From Nostoc punctiforme PCC 73102 (lineage in GTDB: Bacteria > Cyanobacteriota > Cyanobacteriia > Cyanobacteriales > Nostocaceae), in the NCBI RefSeq assembly GCF_000020025.1, contig NC_010628.1, forward strand, positions 7,740,001 through 7,772,000: a stretch of DNA of 32,000 nucleotides, read 5' to 3'. The stretch's first letter is position 1, and each line of letters starts with the position of its first letter. Positions 16,754 to 26,904 of the stretch are shown piece after piece. The position numbers and the translations under genes are program-made. A model generated the notes under the pieces. It searched no databases, had not been told where the DNA came from, and was given only the letters and a program-made list of their open reading frames with translations.

Positions 16754-18772
16754 ATGGGTGTTGAGTCAACTGCTACATCTGACGAGGTGGTACCAGTACC
16801 GTCCAATGGACAAAAATCTGAAGTGAAAAATCATAAGCAAAAGAAACTTTTACCACCTAGTACTACCACAGGAAGTTTACCTCGCTCCTGGAAAATTGAG
16901 GATAGCGAAGAACTATACCGTATTGAAGGTTGGGGACAACCCTATTTTTCCATTAGCGCTGCTGGTCACGTTACCGTTTCACCCAAAGGCGATCGCGGTG
17001 GTTCCCTAGACTTGTTTGAATTGGTTAACTCCATGAAACAGCGCAACTTGGGACTTCCGATGTTGATTCGCTTTTCCGATATTTTGGAAGACCGGATTGA
17101 ACGGTTGAATGCTTGTTTTGCCAAAGCGATCGCCCGCTACAACTACCCTGGCGTATACCGGGGGGTGTTTCCTGTCAAATGCAACCAAGAGCGGCATTTG
17201 ATTGAAGATTTAGTCAAGTTTGGCAAGCCTCATCAATTTGGCTTAGAAGCTGGTTCCAAACCAGAATTAATGATTGCCCTGGCTGTCTTAGATACACCAG
17301 GAGCGTTGTTAGTTTGCAACGGCTACAAAGACCGAGAATACATCGAAACGGCAATGTTAGCCCAGAGATTAGGGCAAACACCAATTATCGTCTTAGAACA
17401 GATTGAAGAGGTTGATTTGGTGATTGATGCCAATCGCCAGTTAGGTATTAAACCGATTTTGGGTGTTCGTGCTAAACTCAGTACCCAAGGTATGGGACGT
17501 TGGGGAGCCTCTAGTGGCGATCGCGCTAAATTTGGTTTGACAATGCCTGAAGTCATTGAGGCTGTCGACAAGTTACGGGAAGCTAACCTGCTCGATTCTT
17601 TGCAATTGATGCACTTCCACATCGGCTCACAAATCTCTGCCATAAATGTAATTAAAGATGCCATCCAAGAAGCCAGCCGCATTTATGTGGAATTGGCGAT
17701 GCTGGGGGCAGATATGAAATACCTTGATGTCGGTGGCGGCTTGGGCGTAGATTATGATGGCTCCCAAACCAACTTCTATGCGTCGAAAAATTACAACATG
17801 CAGAACTATGCCAACGACATCGTGGCAGAGTTAAAAGATACCTGTGCAGAGCGCCAAATTACCGTACCAACACTGATTAGCGAAAGTGGACGTGCGATCG
17901 CTTCTCATCAGTCGGTGCTGATTTTTGATGTTCTCAGTACTAGCGATGTCCCTCTCGATTCCCCAGAACCTCCACAAGAGGGAGAATCCCCAATCATTAA
18001 TTATCTTTGGGAAAGCTACCAATCTATCAACCAAGAGAATTACCAAGAGTTGTATCACGACGCGGCACAATTCAAAGAAGAAGCCATCAGTCGCTTCAAC
18101 TTAGGAATTTTACGCCTCAGAGAACGAGCCAAAGCCGAACGGCTATACTGGGCTTGTTGTCAGAAAATTCTCAACATCACTAGACAGCAAGAATACGTAC
18201 CCGATGAACTAGAAGACCTTGAGAAAATCATGGCTTCCATCTACTACGTTAATATGTCAGTGTTTCAATCAGCACCAGATTGCTGGGCGATCGACCAGCT
18301 ATTCCCCATCATGCCAATCCACCGTTTGGATGAAGAACCAATCCGGCGAGGAATTTTAGCAGACCTAACCTGCGATAGTGATGGTAAAATAGACCGCTTT
18401 ATTGACCTGCGCGATGTCAAATCGGTTTTAGAACTACATACCTACAAGCCCGGAGAACCCTATTATTTAGGGATGTTCTTGAATGGAGCTTACCAAGAAA
18501 TCATGGGCAATTTGCACAACCTATTTGGCGATACTAATGCTGTTCACATCCAATTAACGCCCAAAGGCTACCAGATTGAACACGTTGTCAAAGGTGACAC
18601 CATGAGCGAAGTAGTAAGCTACGTTCAGTATGACTCCGAAGATATGGTGGAAAACATTCGCCAGCGTTGTGAGAAAGCATTAGAAGAAAAGCGTATCACC
18701 CTAGCAGAATCTCAGCGATTACTGCAAACCTACGAGCAGAGTCTTAGAAGATACACGTATCTGAATAGTTAG
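16754..18772 (+). CDS. speA: Biosynthetic arginine decarboxylase
   Basis: 672 aa. It resembles SpeA along the full length (YRIEGWGQPYF, FPVKCNQ, HFHIGSQ, LDVGGGLGVDYDGS, LADLTCDSDGKI). Confidence 0.95.
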   Translation: MGVESTATSDEVVPVPSNGQKSEVKNHKQKKLLPPSTTTGSLPRSWKIEDSEELYRIEGWGQPYFSISAAGHVTVSPKGDRGGSLDLFELVNSMKQRNLGLPMLIRFSDILEDRIERLNACFAKAIARYNYPGVYRGVFPVKCNQERHLIEDLVKFGKPHQFGLEAGSKPELMIALAVLDTPGALLVCNGYKDREYIETAMLAQRLGQTPIIVLEQIEEVDLVIDANRQLGIKPILGVRAKLSTQGMGRWGASSGDRAKFGLTMPEVIEAVDKLREANLLDSLQLMHFHIGSQISAINVIKDAIQEASRIYVELAMLGADMKYLDVGGGLGVDYDGSQTNFYASKNYNMQNYANDIVAELKDTCAERQITVPTLISESGRAIASHQSVLIFDVLSTSDVPLDSPEPPQEGESPIINYLWESYQSINQENYQELYHDAAQFKEEAISRFNLGILRLRERAKAERLYWACCQKILNITRQQEYVPDELEDLEKIMASIYYVNMSVFQSAPDCWAIDQLFPIMPIHRLDEEPIRRGILADLTCDSDGKIDRFIDLRDVKSVLELHTYKPGEPYYLGMFLNGAYQEIMGNLHNLFGDTNAVHIQLTPKGYQIEHVVKGDTMSEVVSYVQYDSEDMVENIRQRCEKALEEKRITLAESQRLLQTYEQSLRRYTYLNS

Positions 18773-18775
18773 TTA

Positions 18776-18958
18776 GGAATGGGAATTGGGGATTGGGTAT
18801 TGGGGATTGGGTATTGGGAATTGGGTATGGCTCAAGAATCAATAAATAGTTCTTCTTCCCCTGCTTCCCCTGCTTCCCCTGCTTCCCCTGCCCCCGTTCG
18901 GCTACGCTCACGGCAAGCCTGCCCCCTGCCCCCTTGCTTCTTCCCCATTCCCCATTCC
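18776..18958. repeat. Composite short-tandem-repeat / hairpin region between convergent genes
   Basis: GGGAATTGGG/GGGTATTGGG units span 18776..18830. TTCCCCTGC occurs four times at 18856..18891. The complementary CCCCATTCCCCATTCCC sits at 18944..18959. Confidence 0.8.
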
Positions 18959-20128
18959 CTAACTCGCGTTTGTCCCCAACAATTCCTCTATTGCTTGTCG
19001 CTCAACAGGGGTATGAGATGGTGGTATCTGGCGAGCATCGGTAATTAGCCAATCTAAAGCAGCTGCTTGGACATCTATAGCGGCCCCAGTTTTATCTACA
19101 CAATAACGTCCAAACACTAGCTTATCGACTAACCTGACTCCTGGCCCCAGGCGCGACCATTCAAAAATCACGCTATTTTCTACTGTTGCGCCACTACATA
19201 TCCAACAATTGGGGCCAATCATCGCTGGGCCGACAATTTTGGCTCCGTCTTCTATTCTCGTCATCCCGCCGATGTAAACTGGGCCTGTGATATCCACTTT
19301 GTCCCAATTTACGGCGACATTTAAGCCAGTATAAATACCAGGGGCGACTTCATGACCGGGGATTTGCACATTTTTGATTTCACCCAGCAGTACCCCGCGA
19401 ATCGCTCGCCAATAGTCTGGAACTTTACCAATATCTACCCATTCAAAGTCCATAGGGATGGCGTAAAAGGGAGCTTTGATTTCCACTAATTTGGGGAACA
19501 ATTGGCTACCAATGTCATATTCCACATCAGAGGGAATATAGTTAAAAACCTCTGGTTCAAAGATGTAAATACCTGTGTTGATGTTGGTGCTGAGGGCTTC
19601 TTCAGTCGAAGGTTTTTCTTGGAAAGCTTTAACACGCCCTTCTTCATCAGTGACCACCACACCATAGCTCGAAACTTCTTCTTGGGGAACAGATTTTGTA
19701 ATAATAGTAGCGATCGACCCTTTAGCTCTATGCCATTTAACCGCCGCAGTTAAATCTAGGTCAATCAAAGCATCACCGCACAACACCACAAAGGTATCAT
19801 CAAAAAATGGTGAGAAGTCTTGAATGCGGCGCATTCCTCCAGCAGAACCGATTGCTTCCCCTACCAGTTTACCGTCATCATCAATTTTGCCTTCAAAGGA
19901 ATAGGCAATTTGCACCCCAAACCGTTGACCATCACGGAAATAATTTTCTATTTCCTCAGCCAAATGACTGACGTTGACCATAATCTGGTCAAATCCATGT
20001 TGGCGTAACAGTTCTAGCAAGAACTCCATCACTGGCTTTTGCAGGATGGGAATCATTGGCTTGGGAATTGTATAGGTAATCGGACGCACGCGAGTACCCT
20101 TGCCAGCCGCGAGAATCATGGCTTTCAT
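18959..20128 (-). CDS. Sugar-phosphate nucleotidyltransferase (mannose-1-phosphate guanylyltransferase-like NDP-sugar synthase with C-terminal left-handed beta-helix)
   Basis: 389 aa. The N-terminus is MKAMILAAGKGTRVRPIT...PKPM, and the C-terminal part has hexapeptide-repeat character. Confidence 0.85.
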   Translation of the reverse strand: MKAMILAAGKGTRVRPITYTIPKPMIPILQKPVMEFLLELLRQHGFDQIMVNVSHLAEEIENYFRDGQRFGVQIAYSFEGKIDDDGKLVGEAIGSAGGMRRIQDFSPFFDDTFVVLCGDALIDLDLTAAVKWHRAKGSIATIITKSVPQEEVSSYGVVVTDEEGRVKAFQEKPSTEEALSTNINTGIYIFEPEVFNYIPSDVEYDIGSQLFPKLVEIKAPFYAIPMDFEWVDIGKVPDYWRAIRGVLLGEIKNVQIPGHEVAPGIYTGLNVAVNWDKVDITGPVYIGGMTRIEDGAKIVGPAMIGPNCWICSGATVENSVIFEWSRLGPGVRLVDKLVFGRYCVDKTGAAIDVQAAALDWLITDARQIPPSHTPVERQAIEELLGTNAS

Positions 20129-20359
20129 AAAAATTTATTCCTCAACCACAAGCCAGTTTACTTTCATCGAGTGATACTTAATCATCAGTTTTTATTTCTG
20201 CTCTAAGTCATCCCTGAAACAGGGATAACAGGAATTTAGTGGTTATTGCAACCATCTATATACTTAGATGACAAGCGATCGCTTATCTTTTCAATTTACT
20301 CGGATTTTGAGACTGAATCAAAAATCTGTAAATTATCTGTAGGGCTACTTTTCGCTTTT

Positions 20360-21193
20360 TTAGTTCATCGATTGCTCAAAAGGTTTACTGGTCTTAGGTG
20401 AATCTGTAAGTAGCCGAACTTTAATCTCATGGTAAAACTCCTCTTGAAATAGCTCTACTTTCGATTGAGCCGAAAGTAGTAGTAGCGCCCAGAAAACGCT
20501 AACTAAATGACTGTGTTTAGTCTCATGTCCAGACCCATTTTGGTTGAAAAGCTTTGTCTGAGTCCACAATTCTACAAGTTGTTCTAAATTCAACCAATTT
20601 TGTTCTGAATTTAGCTCTCTGGCCGATAAATTCAAGACTTGTTCGAGTTCTCCAGCTACTTCTGTCAGATTTTCTTGGTGAGCTAACTCCAGCGCCTCCC
20701 GCATACTTTGGACGCTAGGCAAACGTCTGGGACGAATAGGTTTGCTAACTTTTTCTACTATTTTTAGCTGGTTTGCCATAATCTGCAATTGCTTGATTAA
20801 CTCTTGCAGAGTCACCCGGCGCTTTGGTGGTGGCATTGCCGATGGACGACGACGCAATTGCCGTTCTAATGGTAGACGATGACCATGATGTGATATTCCG
20901 TCTTCATCTTCCAGTATCGCATCATCTAATACACCATCCTGGATATCACCTACTGTTGACAATTGCATCAATGTATTAGCTTTGAATAATACCAGCATTG
21001 ATGCTGATAAAAATGCCTGTCCAGATTGAGACAAATCCGCTTCATAGCCTCTTCCTATTGACTCCGGTGCCATCAGTTCTAAGTAACGGTCAATCACCTC
21101 AATTACTTGGACATCCCAAGGGTCAATTTCTCCCTGTTCAGCTTGGTAAATCAGGAGTGTGATTGTTTCTAATAGCTCGGAAGCTTCCATCAA
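20360..21193 (-). CDS. scpA: Segregation and condensation protein A
   Basis: 277 aa. It begins with the ScpA-type N-terminus (...LIYQAEQGEIDPWDVQVIEVIDRYLE), and its length and charge pattern are typical of cyanobacterial ScpA. Confidence 0.8.
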   Translation of the reverse strand: MMEASELLETITLLIYQAEQGEIDPWDVQVIEVIDRYLELMAPESIGRGYEADLSQSGQAFLSASMLVLFKANTLMQLSTVGDIQDGVLDDAILEDEDGISHHGHRLPLERQLRRRPSAMPPPKRRVTLQELIKQLQIMANQLKIVEKVSKPIRPRRLPSVQSMREALELAHQENLTEVAGELEQVLNLSARELNSEQNWLNLEQLVELWTQTKLFNQNGSGHETKHSHLVSVFWALLLLSAQSKVELFQEEFYHEIKVRLLTDSPKTSKPFEQSMN

Positions 21194-21379
21194 CGGGTTC
21201 TAAATTAATTAATTAAGAATCGAAAGACTGTAAATTCAACAGTAAACTCATTGACTCTTGGCAAAGCGTGTACCTAATACATTCGCTTGTGCTTCTTTTA
21301 ATCAGGAATTGCCTGCTGCCAGTATCCTCTGAAATTTGTAATCAATCACCATTGTGAATTGTGAGATCGGAATGTGCAA

Positions 21380-21517
21380 CTTTTGATATTGGGAATTGAG
21401 AAGAGGACTTGGGGACAAGGAGAATTGGGGACAAAGGGAAAGACTTGTTTCAAGTTCTCACGTCTTGTCCCCTTGTCCCCCTTACCCTCTGCCCCCTGCC
21501 CTCCTGCCCCTCCCCTC
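21380..21517. repeat. G-rich/C-rich imperfect inverted repeat region
   Basis: ggggacaaggagaattggggacaaaggg ... cttgtccccttgtccccc lies downstream of the permease gene. The ORFs overlapping it are low-complexity artefacts. Confidence 0.6.
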
Positions 21518-22612
21518 TCAATCTGGGGGTGGGTCACGAGCAATGGTGACAGTTGAGACGAAATTACTCGGTTTGCCGCTCTTGATCGCATCGAAAGTGC
21601 CTTTAATAGTACCAGCAATGGGAACAGCAACAAGCGTTCCTAACAGCCCAGCAATCTCAAATCCCATCAAAATAGCTACAAAAATCCAAATGGGATTCAG
21701 TCCGATAAAGTTGCCGAGTAATCTGGGAGCTAACAAGTTATCTTTAAGCTGTTGCATAAGAATTGCCGCTATAGCAACTTGAACTGCTAACCACCAATTT
21801 TGCAGTAGTACTAAAATCGTCACTAGACCAATGCCAAGAGATGCCCCGATAAAGGGAATGAGTTCTGAAATCCCAATTAATATGGCAAACAACAGGGCAA
21901 AGGGTACCTTCATGACTAAGAAAATTGGTGTCAGGGTTAGCATCATGAATAGCCCTAGCAACAACTGACTAAGGAAGAAGTTCTGGAAATTTAGGCGTAA
22001 GGATGCGGTAAGAGGCTCTCCAATATTAGAAGGCAAAAGATTGATCAGACCATACCAGACGCGATCGCCATATAAAAGCATATAAAATGCCAGCACAATG
22101 ACTAACACTACGTCAAATAAGCCTGATAACAGTGTCCCAGCAAATCCCACTGCTCCAGAAGCTAGCTGTTGCACCAGATTCTGAATGTTGGCATTGATTT
22201 GACTGCTTACAACCCTGAGATCAATCGGCAAACGTCTTTGTTTTGCTAGCATCTCAAATTGCTCTAAGTTTGCTTGACTAGCGCCTAACCAATCAGGGAT
22301 CTTATTTAACAGTTGAATTGTTTGGTCAATGATCAACGGCACTAGGGTGACACCTAGAATCCCAAACAGGGTTAATGTTGCAAGTAAAACTATGATTACT
22401 GCCTGAGTGCGCGTGATTCGGGCACGTTCAAAAAATTTAACCGGGTAATTTAGTAGAAAAGCTAAAATCGCCCCAATGCTCAAGACGGTAATGGGATGCT
22501 GGAAGTATCGAAAAAGCACGGACAGTAGCCAGACATTAAGAGCGATAATTGGACCGCTCAGACCATAAATTAACAGGCGTTGAAGGGAGGCCGAACGGCG
22601 CATTTTATGCAA
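21518..22612 (-). CDS. AI-2E family transporter (PerM/UPF0118 permease)
   Basis: 364 aa and multi-pass. The conserved C-terminal part is ...ELIPFIGASLG...LLGTLVAVPIAG. Confidence 0.85.
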   Translation of the reverse strand: MHKMRRSASLQRLLIYGLSGPIIALNVWLLSVLFRYFQHPITVLSIGAILAFLLNYPVKFFERARITRTQAVIIVLLATLTLFGILGVTLVPLIIDQTIQLLNKIPDWLGASQANLEQFEMLAKQRRLPIDLRVVSSQINANIQNLVQQLASGAVGFAGTLLSGLFDVVLVIVLAFYMLLYGDRVWYGLINLLPSNIGEPLTASLRLNFQNFFLSQLLLGLFMMLTLTPIFLVMKVPFALLFAILIGISELIPFIGASLGIGLVTILVLLQNWWLAVQVAIAAILMQQLKDNLLAPRLLGNFIGLNPIWIFVAILMGFEIAGLLGTLVAVPIAGTIKGTFDAIKSGKPSNFVSTVTIARDPPPD

Positions 22613-22729
22613 CCTATCTTAGATATTCCTGAAAGAATTTGTAAAATTCTTGATGGCACTGATTATCATCATAGATATTTTTAACAAAGATATGTATAAG
22701 CGTATCTGATAGCAAGGAAGTAAATCAAA

Positions 22730-23374
22730 ATGGACAAAACCGTAGCTGACCTCCGCAAAGACTACACCTTGGAAGGTTTAAGCGAACTTGAGGTAGACCT
22801 CAATCCTTTTATCCAATTTAAAAAATGGTTCGATCAGGCTTTAGCTGGTCAACTCCCCGAACCCAATGCGATGACTCTTGCTACCGTCACACCCGACGGT
22901 AAGCCCTCAGCCAGAATGGTGCTACTGAAGGATTTCGATGAACGGGGCTTTGCTTTTTTCACCAACTACAACAGCCGCAAAGGACAAGAACTGGCAGAAA
23001 ATCCTCTGGCGGCTTTAGTCTTTTGGTGGGCAGAACTGGAACGTCAAGTTCGGATTTGTGGGTATGTAGAGAAAGTTTCTGAAACTGAATCCGACCAGTA
23101 TTTTGATACTCGCCCTCCTAACAGTCGCCTGGGTGCGTGGGTATCTAATCAAAGCGAGGTGATAGAAAGTCGAGAAGTTTTAGAGCGACGTATGCAGGAG
23201 TTTTATAGCAAATATGAAAATCAAGAGATCCCCCGACCGCCTCATTGGGGAGGCTTACGAGTGATCCCTACAGAAATTGAGTTTTGGCAAGGACGCTCTA
23301 GTCGCTTACACGATCGCTTACTCTATAGCCGTTTAGATAATGGCACTTGGAAAATTGATCGGTTGTCACCTTGA
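22730..23374 (+). CDS. pdxH: Pyridoxamine 5'-phosphate oxidase
   Basis: 214 aa. DLRKDY...L.E......PF.QF..W..A......EPNAM.LATV...[24 protein letters not shown]....[18 protein letters not shown]. Confidence 0.95.
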   Translation: MDKTVADLRKDYTLEGLSELEVDLNPFIQFKKWFDQALAGQLPEPNAMTLATVTPDGKPSARMVLLKDFDERGFAFFTNYNSRKGQELAENPLAALVFWWAELERQVRICGYVEKVSETESDQYFDTRPPNSRLGAWVSNQSEVIESREVLERRMQEFYSKYENQEIPRPPHWGGLRVIPTEIEFWQGRSSRLHDRLLYSRLDNGTWKIDRLSP

Positions 23375-23468
23375 AGAAGAGGCAGGGGAGCAGGGGAGCA
23401 GGGGAGCAGGGGAAGAACAATTTTTAACCAATGCCTAATTTCCAATTTCCAATTCCCAATTCCATACA
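23375..23468. repeat. Short tandem repeats between convergent pdxH and azoR
   Basis: CAGGGGAG occurs about four times at 23383..23414, followed by CCAATTTCC/CCAATTCCC units. Confidence 0.8.
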
Positions 23469-24089
23469 TTACCACTGAGCGATCGCGTCTTGAATTGCTG
23501 CCCGTGCCTCTGCTAGAGATTGGGTACGGGCATCACCCTCGTTCAGGCTGTTAGCGTTAATAAATTGAATATCTGTAATCCCAATAAAGCCGAAAATAGT
23601 CCGCAGGTATGGTTCTTGGAAGTCATAAGCAACGGCAGGGGAGGTGGCGCTAAAGTCACCACCACGAGCTGTAATGATAACTGCCTTTTTACCCTCTACT
23701 AACCCTCTAAAACCTTGAGCATCTAAAGAAACAGTCCGGTTAATGCGAACGATTTGGTCGATGTAAGCCTTAAAAGTGGAAGGTATATTGAAGTTATACA
23801 TTGGCACTCCAAAAACGTAGCGATCGGCTGCCAAAAACTCATCAACCAGTTCGTCAGACACTCTGATTGCCTCAGCTAATTCTGGGGTATGGGTTTCTGG
23901 TGGTGAAAATGCTGCTGCAATCCAAGCTTCATTAACGTGAGGAACTGGGTGATGCCCTAAATCTCGATAGGCGATCGCATCTTCAGGATGTGCTGCCCTC
24001 CAAGCACTGACGAATTCTTTAGATAGTTCTCGTGAGTGCGATCGTTCAGCACGGGGGCTGGAATCAATATGTAGAATGTTTACCACCAA
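23469..24089 (-). CDS. azoR: FMN-dependent NADH-azoreductase
   Basis: 206 aa. ILHIDSSPR...S.SR.L...FV..W....P.......DL...P.P..., and later PMYNF.IPS..K.YID...R...T. The start is non-ATG (TTG at 24089, or GTG just downstream). Confidence 0.85.
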   Translation of the reverse strand: MVVNILHIDSSPRAERSHSRELSKEFVSAWRAAHPEDAIAYRDLGHHPVPHVNEAWIAAAFSPPETHTPELAEAIRVSDELVDEFLAADRYVFGVPMYNFNIPSTFKAYIDQIVRINRTVSLDAQGFRGLVEGKKAVIITARGGDFSATSPAVAYDFQEPYLRTIFGFIGITDIQFINANSLNEGDARTQSLAEARAAIQDAIAQW

Positions 24090-24220
24090 ATATCTCCCAA
24101 TTAGCTATAATTTACTGCTTTGACTTTTTTTGAGTCTAAATTTCAAAGCATTACATCAGATACTAAAAGTAACCAGTTACTAAAGTAAAGTAGTTACCAT
24201 AAAGTAACTATTGGAAAATT

Positions 24221-24589
24221 TTGGCGAACTTATCGATGTCTGTCTCTAAAAATTCTGATGCTTGCCCAATCAGCATTCTGATGTCTTTACTATCAGGCCC
24301 TTGGACAATGTATATACTGTGGGTGTTGTGTAATAGTGGGCCTACTCGCTTTGTTGCATTGAAGCACTTAGTCGAGGGCATCTCTACCAAAGTTTTAACA
24401 GAAAGACTGAGGATGCTTGAGGCAGCAGAGATTATTTATCGCCAATATGAACCAACTGTTCCACCCCAAGTAACTTACGGTCTGACAGAACGGGGTCAGG
24501 AACTCATTGAAATCCTTCATCAACTCAATGTACTTGCTGAACGCTGGTATGGCAGTGAACAACGGGAACAGGGAATGGGGAATGGGTAA
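24221..24589 (+). CDS. HxlR-family winged-helix transcriptional regulator
   Basis: 122 aa. CPI...L.LL.G.W...IL..L..G..RF..L......IS.K.L..RL..LE...I..R......PP.V.Y.LTE.G..L. It is divergent from azoR, which is the classic regulator/oxidoreductase pairing. The last ~8 codons (EQGMGNG) are encoded by the intergenic-type GGGAATGGG repeat. Confidence 0.85.
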   Translation: MANLSMSVSKNSDACPISILMSLLSGPWTMYILWVLCNSGPTRFVALKHLVEGISTKVLTERLRMLEAAEIIYRQYEPTVPPQVTYGLTERGQELIEILHQLNVLAERWYGSEQREQGMGNG

Positions 24590-24636
24590 TAGAGAGACAA
24601 GGGGAATAACCAATGCCCAATTCCCAATTCCCAATA

Positions 24637-24688
24637 CTTCGGCTTCGCTCAGTACAAGTTCCCACTTGCCCTGAGTGAAGCCGAAGGG
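24637..24688. repeat. Hairpin-forming short dispersed repeat (16-bp stem, ~18-nt loop)
   Basis: CTTCGGCTTCGCTCAG (24637..24652) pairs with CTGAGTGAAGCCGAAG (24671..24686), with one mismatch. The left arm is duplicated at 14255..14273. Confidence 0.75.
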
Positions 24689-24720
24689 ATTCCCAGTTCT
24701 CTTAACAGATAAATAGTCTA

Positions 24721-25515
24721 CTATTCCTGGGTAGCTGCTGCTTTGGGAAGCAATTGAGTTCTGGGATCTGGCATGAAATTGTATCTTAAGTACAATCCTC
24801 CCCAGACAAATAGGATAATTAACAATGCACCAATACCAAGGGGACTAGGAAGCCAGAAAACCGCTTCTATGTGGTTGAGTTGACCAGGCTGGAGTTTCCA
24901 CACCAGTTGATTGCCATTTTTTTCTGGCTCAATGGCTGTTTCAGTTAGTTGAATGTTTTTGGCTCCCCAAGGAGTTTTCAAGCTAAATTCCAAGTCGAGA
25001 ATTGAACCAGCATTAGTGAGAACATTACCTTTGCTGGCAATTAGAGCAAGCGATCGCAAATCTAAATCATAAATCAACCGATTTCGGACTAAAAGTAAAA
25101 AATTATTCTGCTCCAAGAGGACGTTTGATTCAATCTTTGGTAGTTCTGAGTCAGATTTGCTCTGCACAGCCTCAGAGGATTGATTTGTACGGGAATTAAA
25201 AAATTCGTTGAACTTCTCTTGCAATTCAGTACCACTACTAAAAGGAATTGTCACGATGATTTCTTCTTGGGAAACTCGCTGTGTTTTACCTTCTAGTTGA
25301 CGGGAGCGGCGTTCTATGCTGTTCAACCATTCGTATACAGAATCGCCGCTAAAGCTGGTTAGCCGTTCTCCTAACTTAATATGTTGTACGAATTCACCAC
25401 TATTTGAATTATCAAAGTTAAGCCCCACATCGTACTTAACACAGCCAGTCAATAACAGGGATGTTAACAACACTAGCCACAAAATAGGATTTCGCATAGG
25501 AAAGACGCGGTTCAT
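24721..25515 (-). CDS. DUF3153-like lipoprotein with a C-terminal TM segment
   Basis: ORF 24721..25617. The likely start is MNRVFPMRNPILWLVLLTSLLLTGC (a lipobox) at 25515, or at 25497. It has a C-terminal hydrophobic helix. The family call is from memory of conserved cyanobacterial proteins. Confidence 0.6.
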   Translation of the reverse strand: MNRVFPMRNPILWLVLLTSLLLTGCVKYDVGLNFDNSNSGEFVQHIKLGERLTSFSGDSVYEWLNSIERRSRQLEGKTQRVSQEEIIVTIPFSSGTELQEKFNEFFNSRTNQSSEAVQSKSDSELPKIESNVLLEQNNFLLLVRNRLIYDLDLRSLALIASKGNVLTNAGSILDLEFSLKTPWGAKNIQLTETAIEPEKNGNQLVWKLQPGQLNHIEAVFWLPSPLGIGALLIILFVWGGLYLRYNFMPDPRTQLLPKAAATQE

Positions 25516-25631
25516 TCGATTTCGACCATTCAGTGTCAATACAAAACTAAATGGTCTGATTAACCACAACAAAATCTTTCCGAAAATTGAAGAAGTTGAA
25601 ACCATAAATCTCCCCAAAAGTCAACATAGTA

Positions 25632-26174
25632 TCAGCCAGGGGTTCCTGAAAAATTCAACCAAACCAAGTACGAGATGGTTAAACCAATGGCAATTAGCGC
25701 CACCCAGATAAAGCGATTATCTCTGGTATTGACCTGACTGAGGTCAACAAATTCTGGCTCTGTAGGTTTTGGCTTCTGCGGCACAGAAGATTTAGTGGGT
25801 TTAGCAGCTATAGAAATTTTGAGTTCATTCTCTTGTACTGTGTCCAAATCCGGGATTTCGGTCATCCATTCACTAGGTCTTTTCAGCTTTGGTGCTTTTA
25901 AGATGTAAACCATCTGTCGCGCTTGTTTGCTGATTTCAATATAGGGATGGCGTTTGAGTCTTTCGCAAAGAGCGATCGCATCATCCGTGCGTCCAGCCGC
26001 TTCATAAGCTGTCACCAGACAAATTTCTACTTCGCCCCCAAAGCGAGAATTACGAGCTAACAGGGCGCTGGCCTTTTCTAAATTTTCTACAGCTTCGCGG
26101 TATCGCCCATTTTCAAAGGCAATTTTCCCAGTCTGGTAGAAGGTTTTAGCAATTTCTAAACTTTCTGCACTCAC
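25632..26174 (-). CDS. TPR-like protein with a C-terminal membrane anchor
   Basis: 180 aa. The N-terminus has TPR-like helices (GRYREAVENLEKA..., TDDAIALCERL). The C-terminus is FIWVALIAIGLTISYLVWL. Confidence 0.6.
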   Translation of the reverse strand: MSAESLEIAKTFYQTGKIAFENGRYREAVENLEKASALLARNSRFGGEVEICLVTAYEAAGRTDDAIALCERLKRHPYIEISKQARQMVYILKAPKLKRPSEWMTEIPDLDTVQENELKISIAAKPTKSSVPQKPKPTEPEFVDLSQVNTRDNRFIWVALIAIGLTISYLVWLNFSGTPG

Positions 26175-26343
26175 GTCTTATACAAAAATTAGCACTATTT
26201 TAATTTTGCCAATACCAGCAATCTTTTTGGAATCTTTTCAAAGGCTGGCAATCTGAAAGTGGATAAACTTCTAAAATTTTAACTAAGTAGCAGCGACTAT
26301 TTTCTGATTAAAAACTCTGGTATCAAATGCAGGTGAGCAAAAT

Positions 26344-26784
26344 ATGTTGAAAATCAAGCATTCGCAACTGAATTGGCTCCTAGCAGGTATGACTTTAGCA
26401 GTGATGAGTGTAAGCATTGCTCCAGCTTCGGCCCAGCGTGCGGTCTTTATTGATGGCGCTTATGGAGTTATGGGATCGCCTGCTGTCGGTTCCTTTATTT
26501 ATGGTAGTCCGATTCCTACACCTATGCCTGTAGACCCAGCAACGGGGCTAATGCCACAACGCACTAATTACCCCGATTATTATTCCTATCCCCAGGTAAG
26601 GCAGAATGTCAGAAATTCCACACTGATTAATCCAACTTTGATTAATCCGGCAATTCGAGATTCAACCCTAGTTAATCCGGTGATTATAAATAATTCATGG
26701 CATCGTACACCATTTAGCGGTGGGCGATGTCTGACAACAAGTTGCTCCGCACCTACGCGGGTTATTATTACCTATCCGCGGTAG
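26344..26784 (+). CDS. Hypothetical secreted protein
   Basis: 146 aa. It has a signal peptide (LLAGMTLAVMSVSIAPASA-QR) and short internal (S)TL(I/V)NP repeats. Confidence 0.5.
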   Translation: MLKIKHSQLNWLLAGMTLAVMSVSIAPASAQRAVFIDGAYGVMGSPAVGSFIYGSPIPTPMPVDPATGLMPQRTNYPDYYSYPQVRQNVRNSTLINPTLINPAIRDSTLVNPVIINNSWHRTPFSGGRCLTTSCSAPTRVIITYPR

Positions 26785-26904
26785 AGAGGCAGGGGAAGTA
26801 GGGAGACAAGGGGGACAAGGGGTAATTATTGAATAAATCTCTCTTGTCTCCCCCTTCTTCCTTGTCTCCCTTGTCTCTTCTTTATGCCCTATGCCCCATA
26901 AGCA
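26785..26904. repeat. Long imperfect inverted repeat between convergent genes
   Basis: gggagacaagggggacaagggg ... cttgtctcccccttcttccttgtctccc. Confidence 0.7.

Noticed and set aside
17006-18070. Minus-strand ORFs of 63-119 aa inside speA
   Set aside because: They are antisense shadow ORFs within a full-length conserved gene.
18779-19048. 89-aa ORF starting MGIGDWVLGIGYWELG... and containing SPASPASPASPAP
   Set aside because: It is a translation of the intergenic short tandem repeats and then runs antisense into the nucleotidyltransferase gene.
21346-21782. Three overlapping ORFs (60-128 aa) downstream of and antisense to the AI-2E permease gene
   Set aside because: They are low-complexity translations of the G-rich/C-rich inverted repeat, or antisense to the permease.
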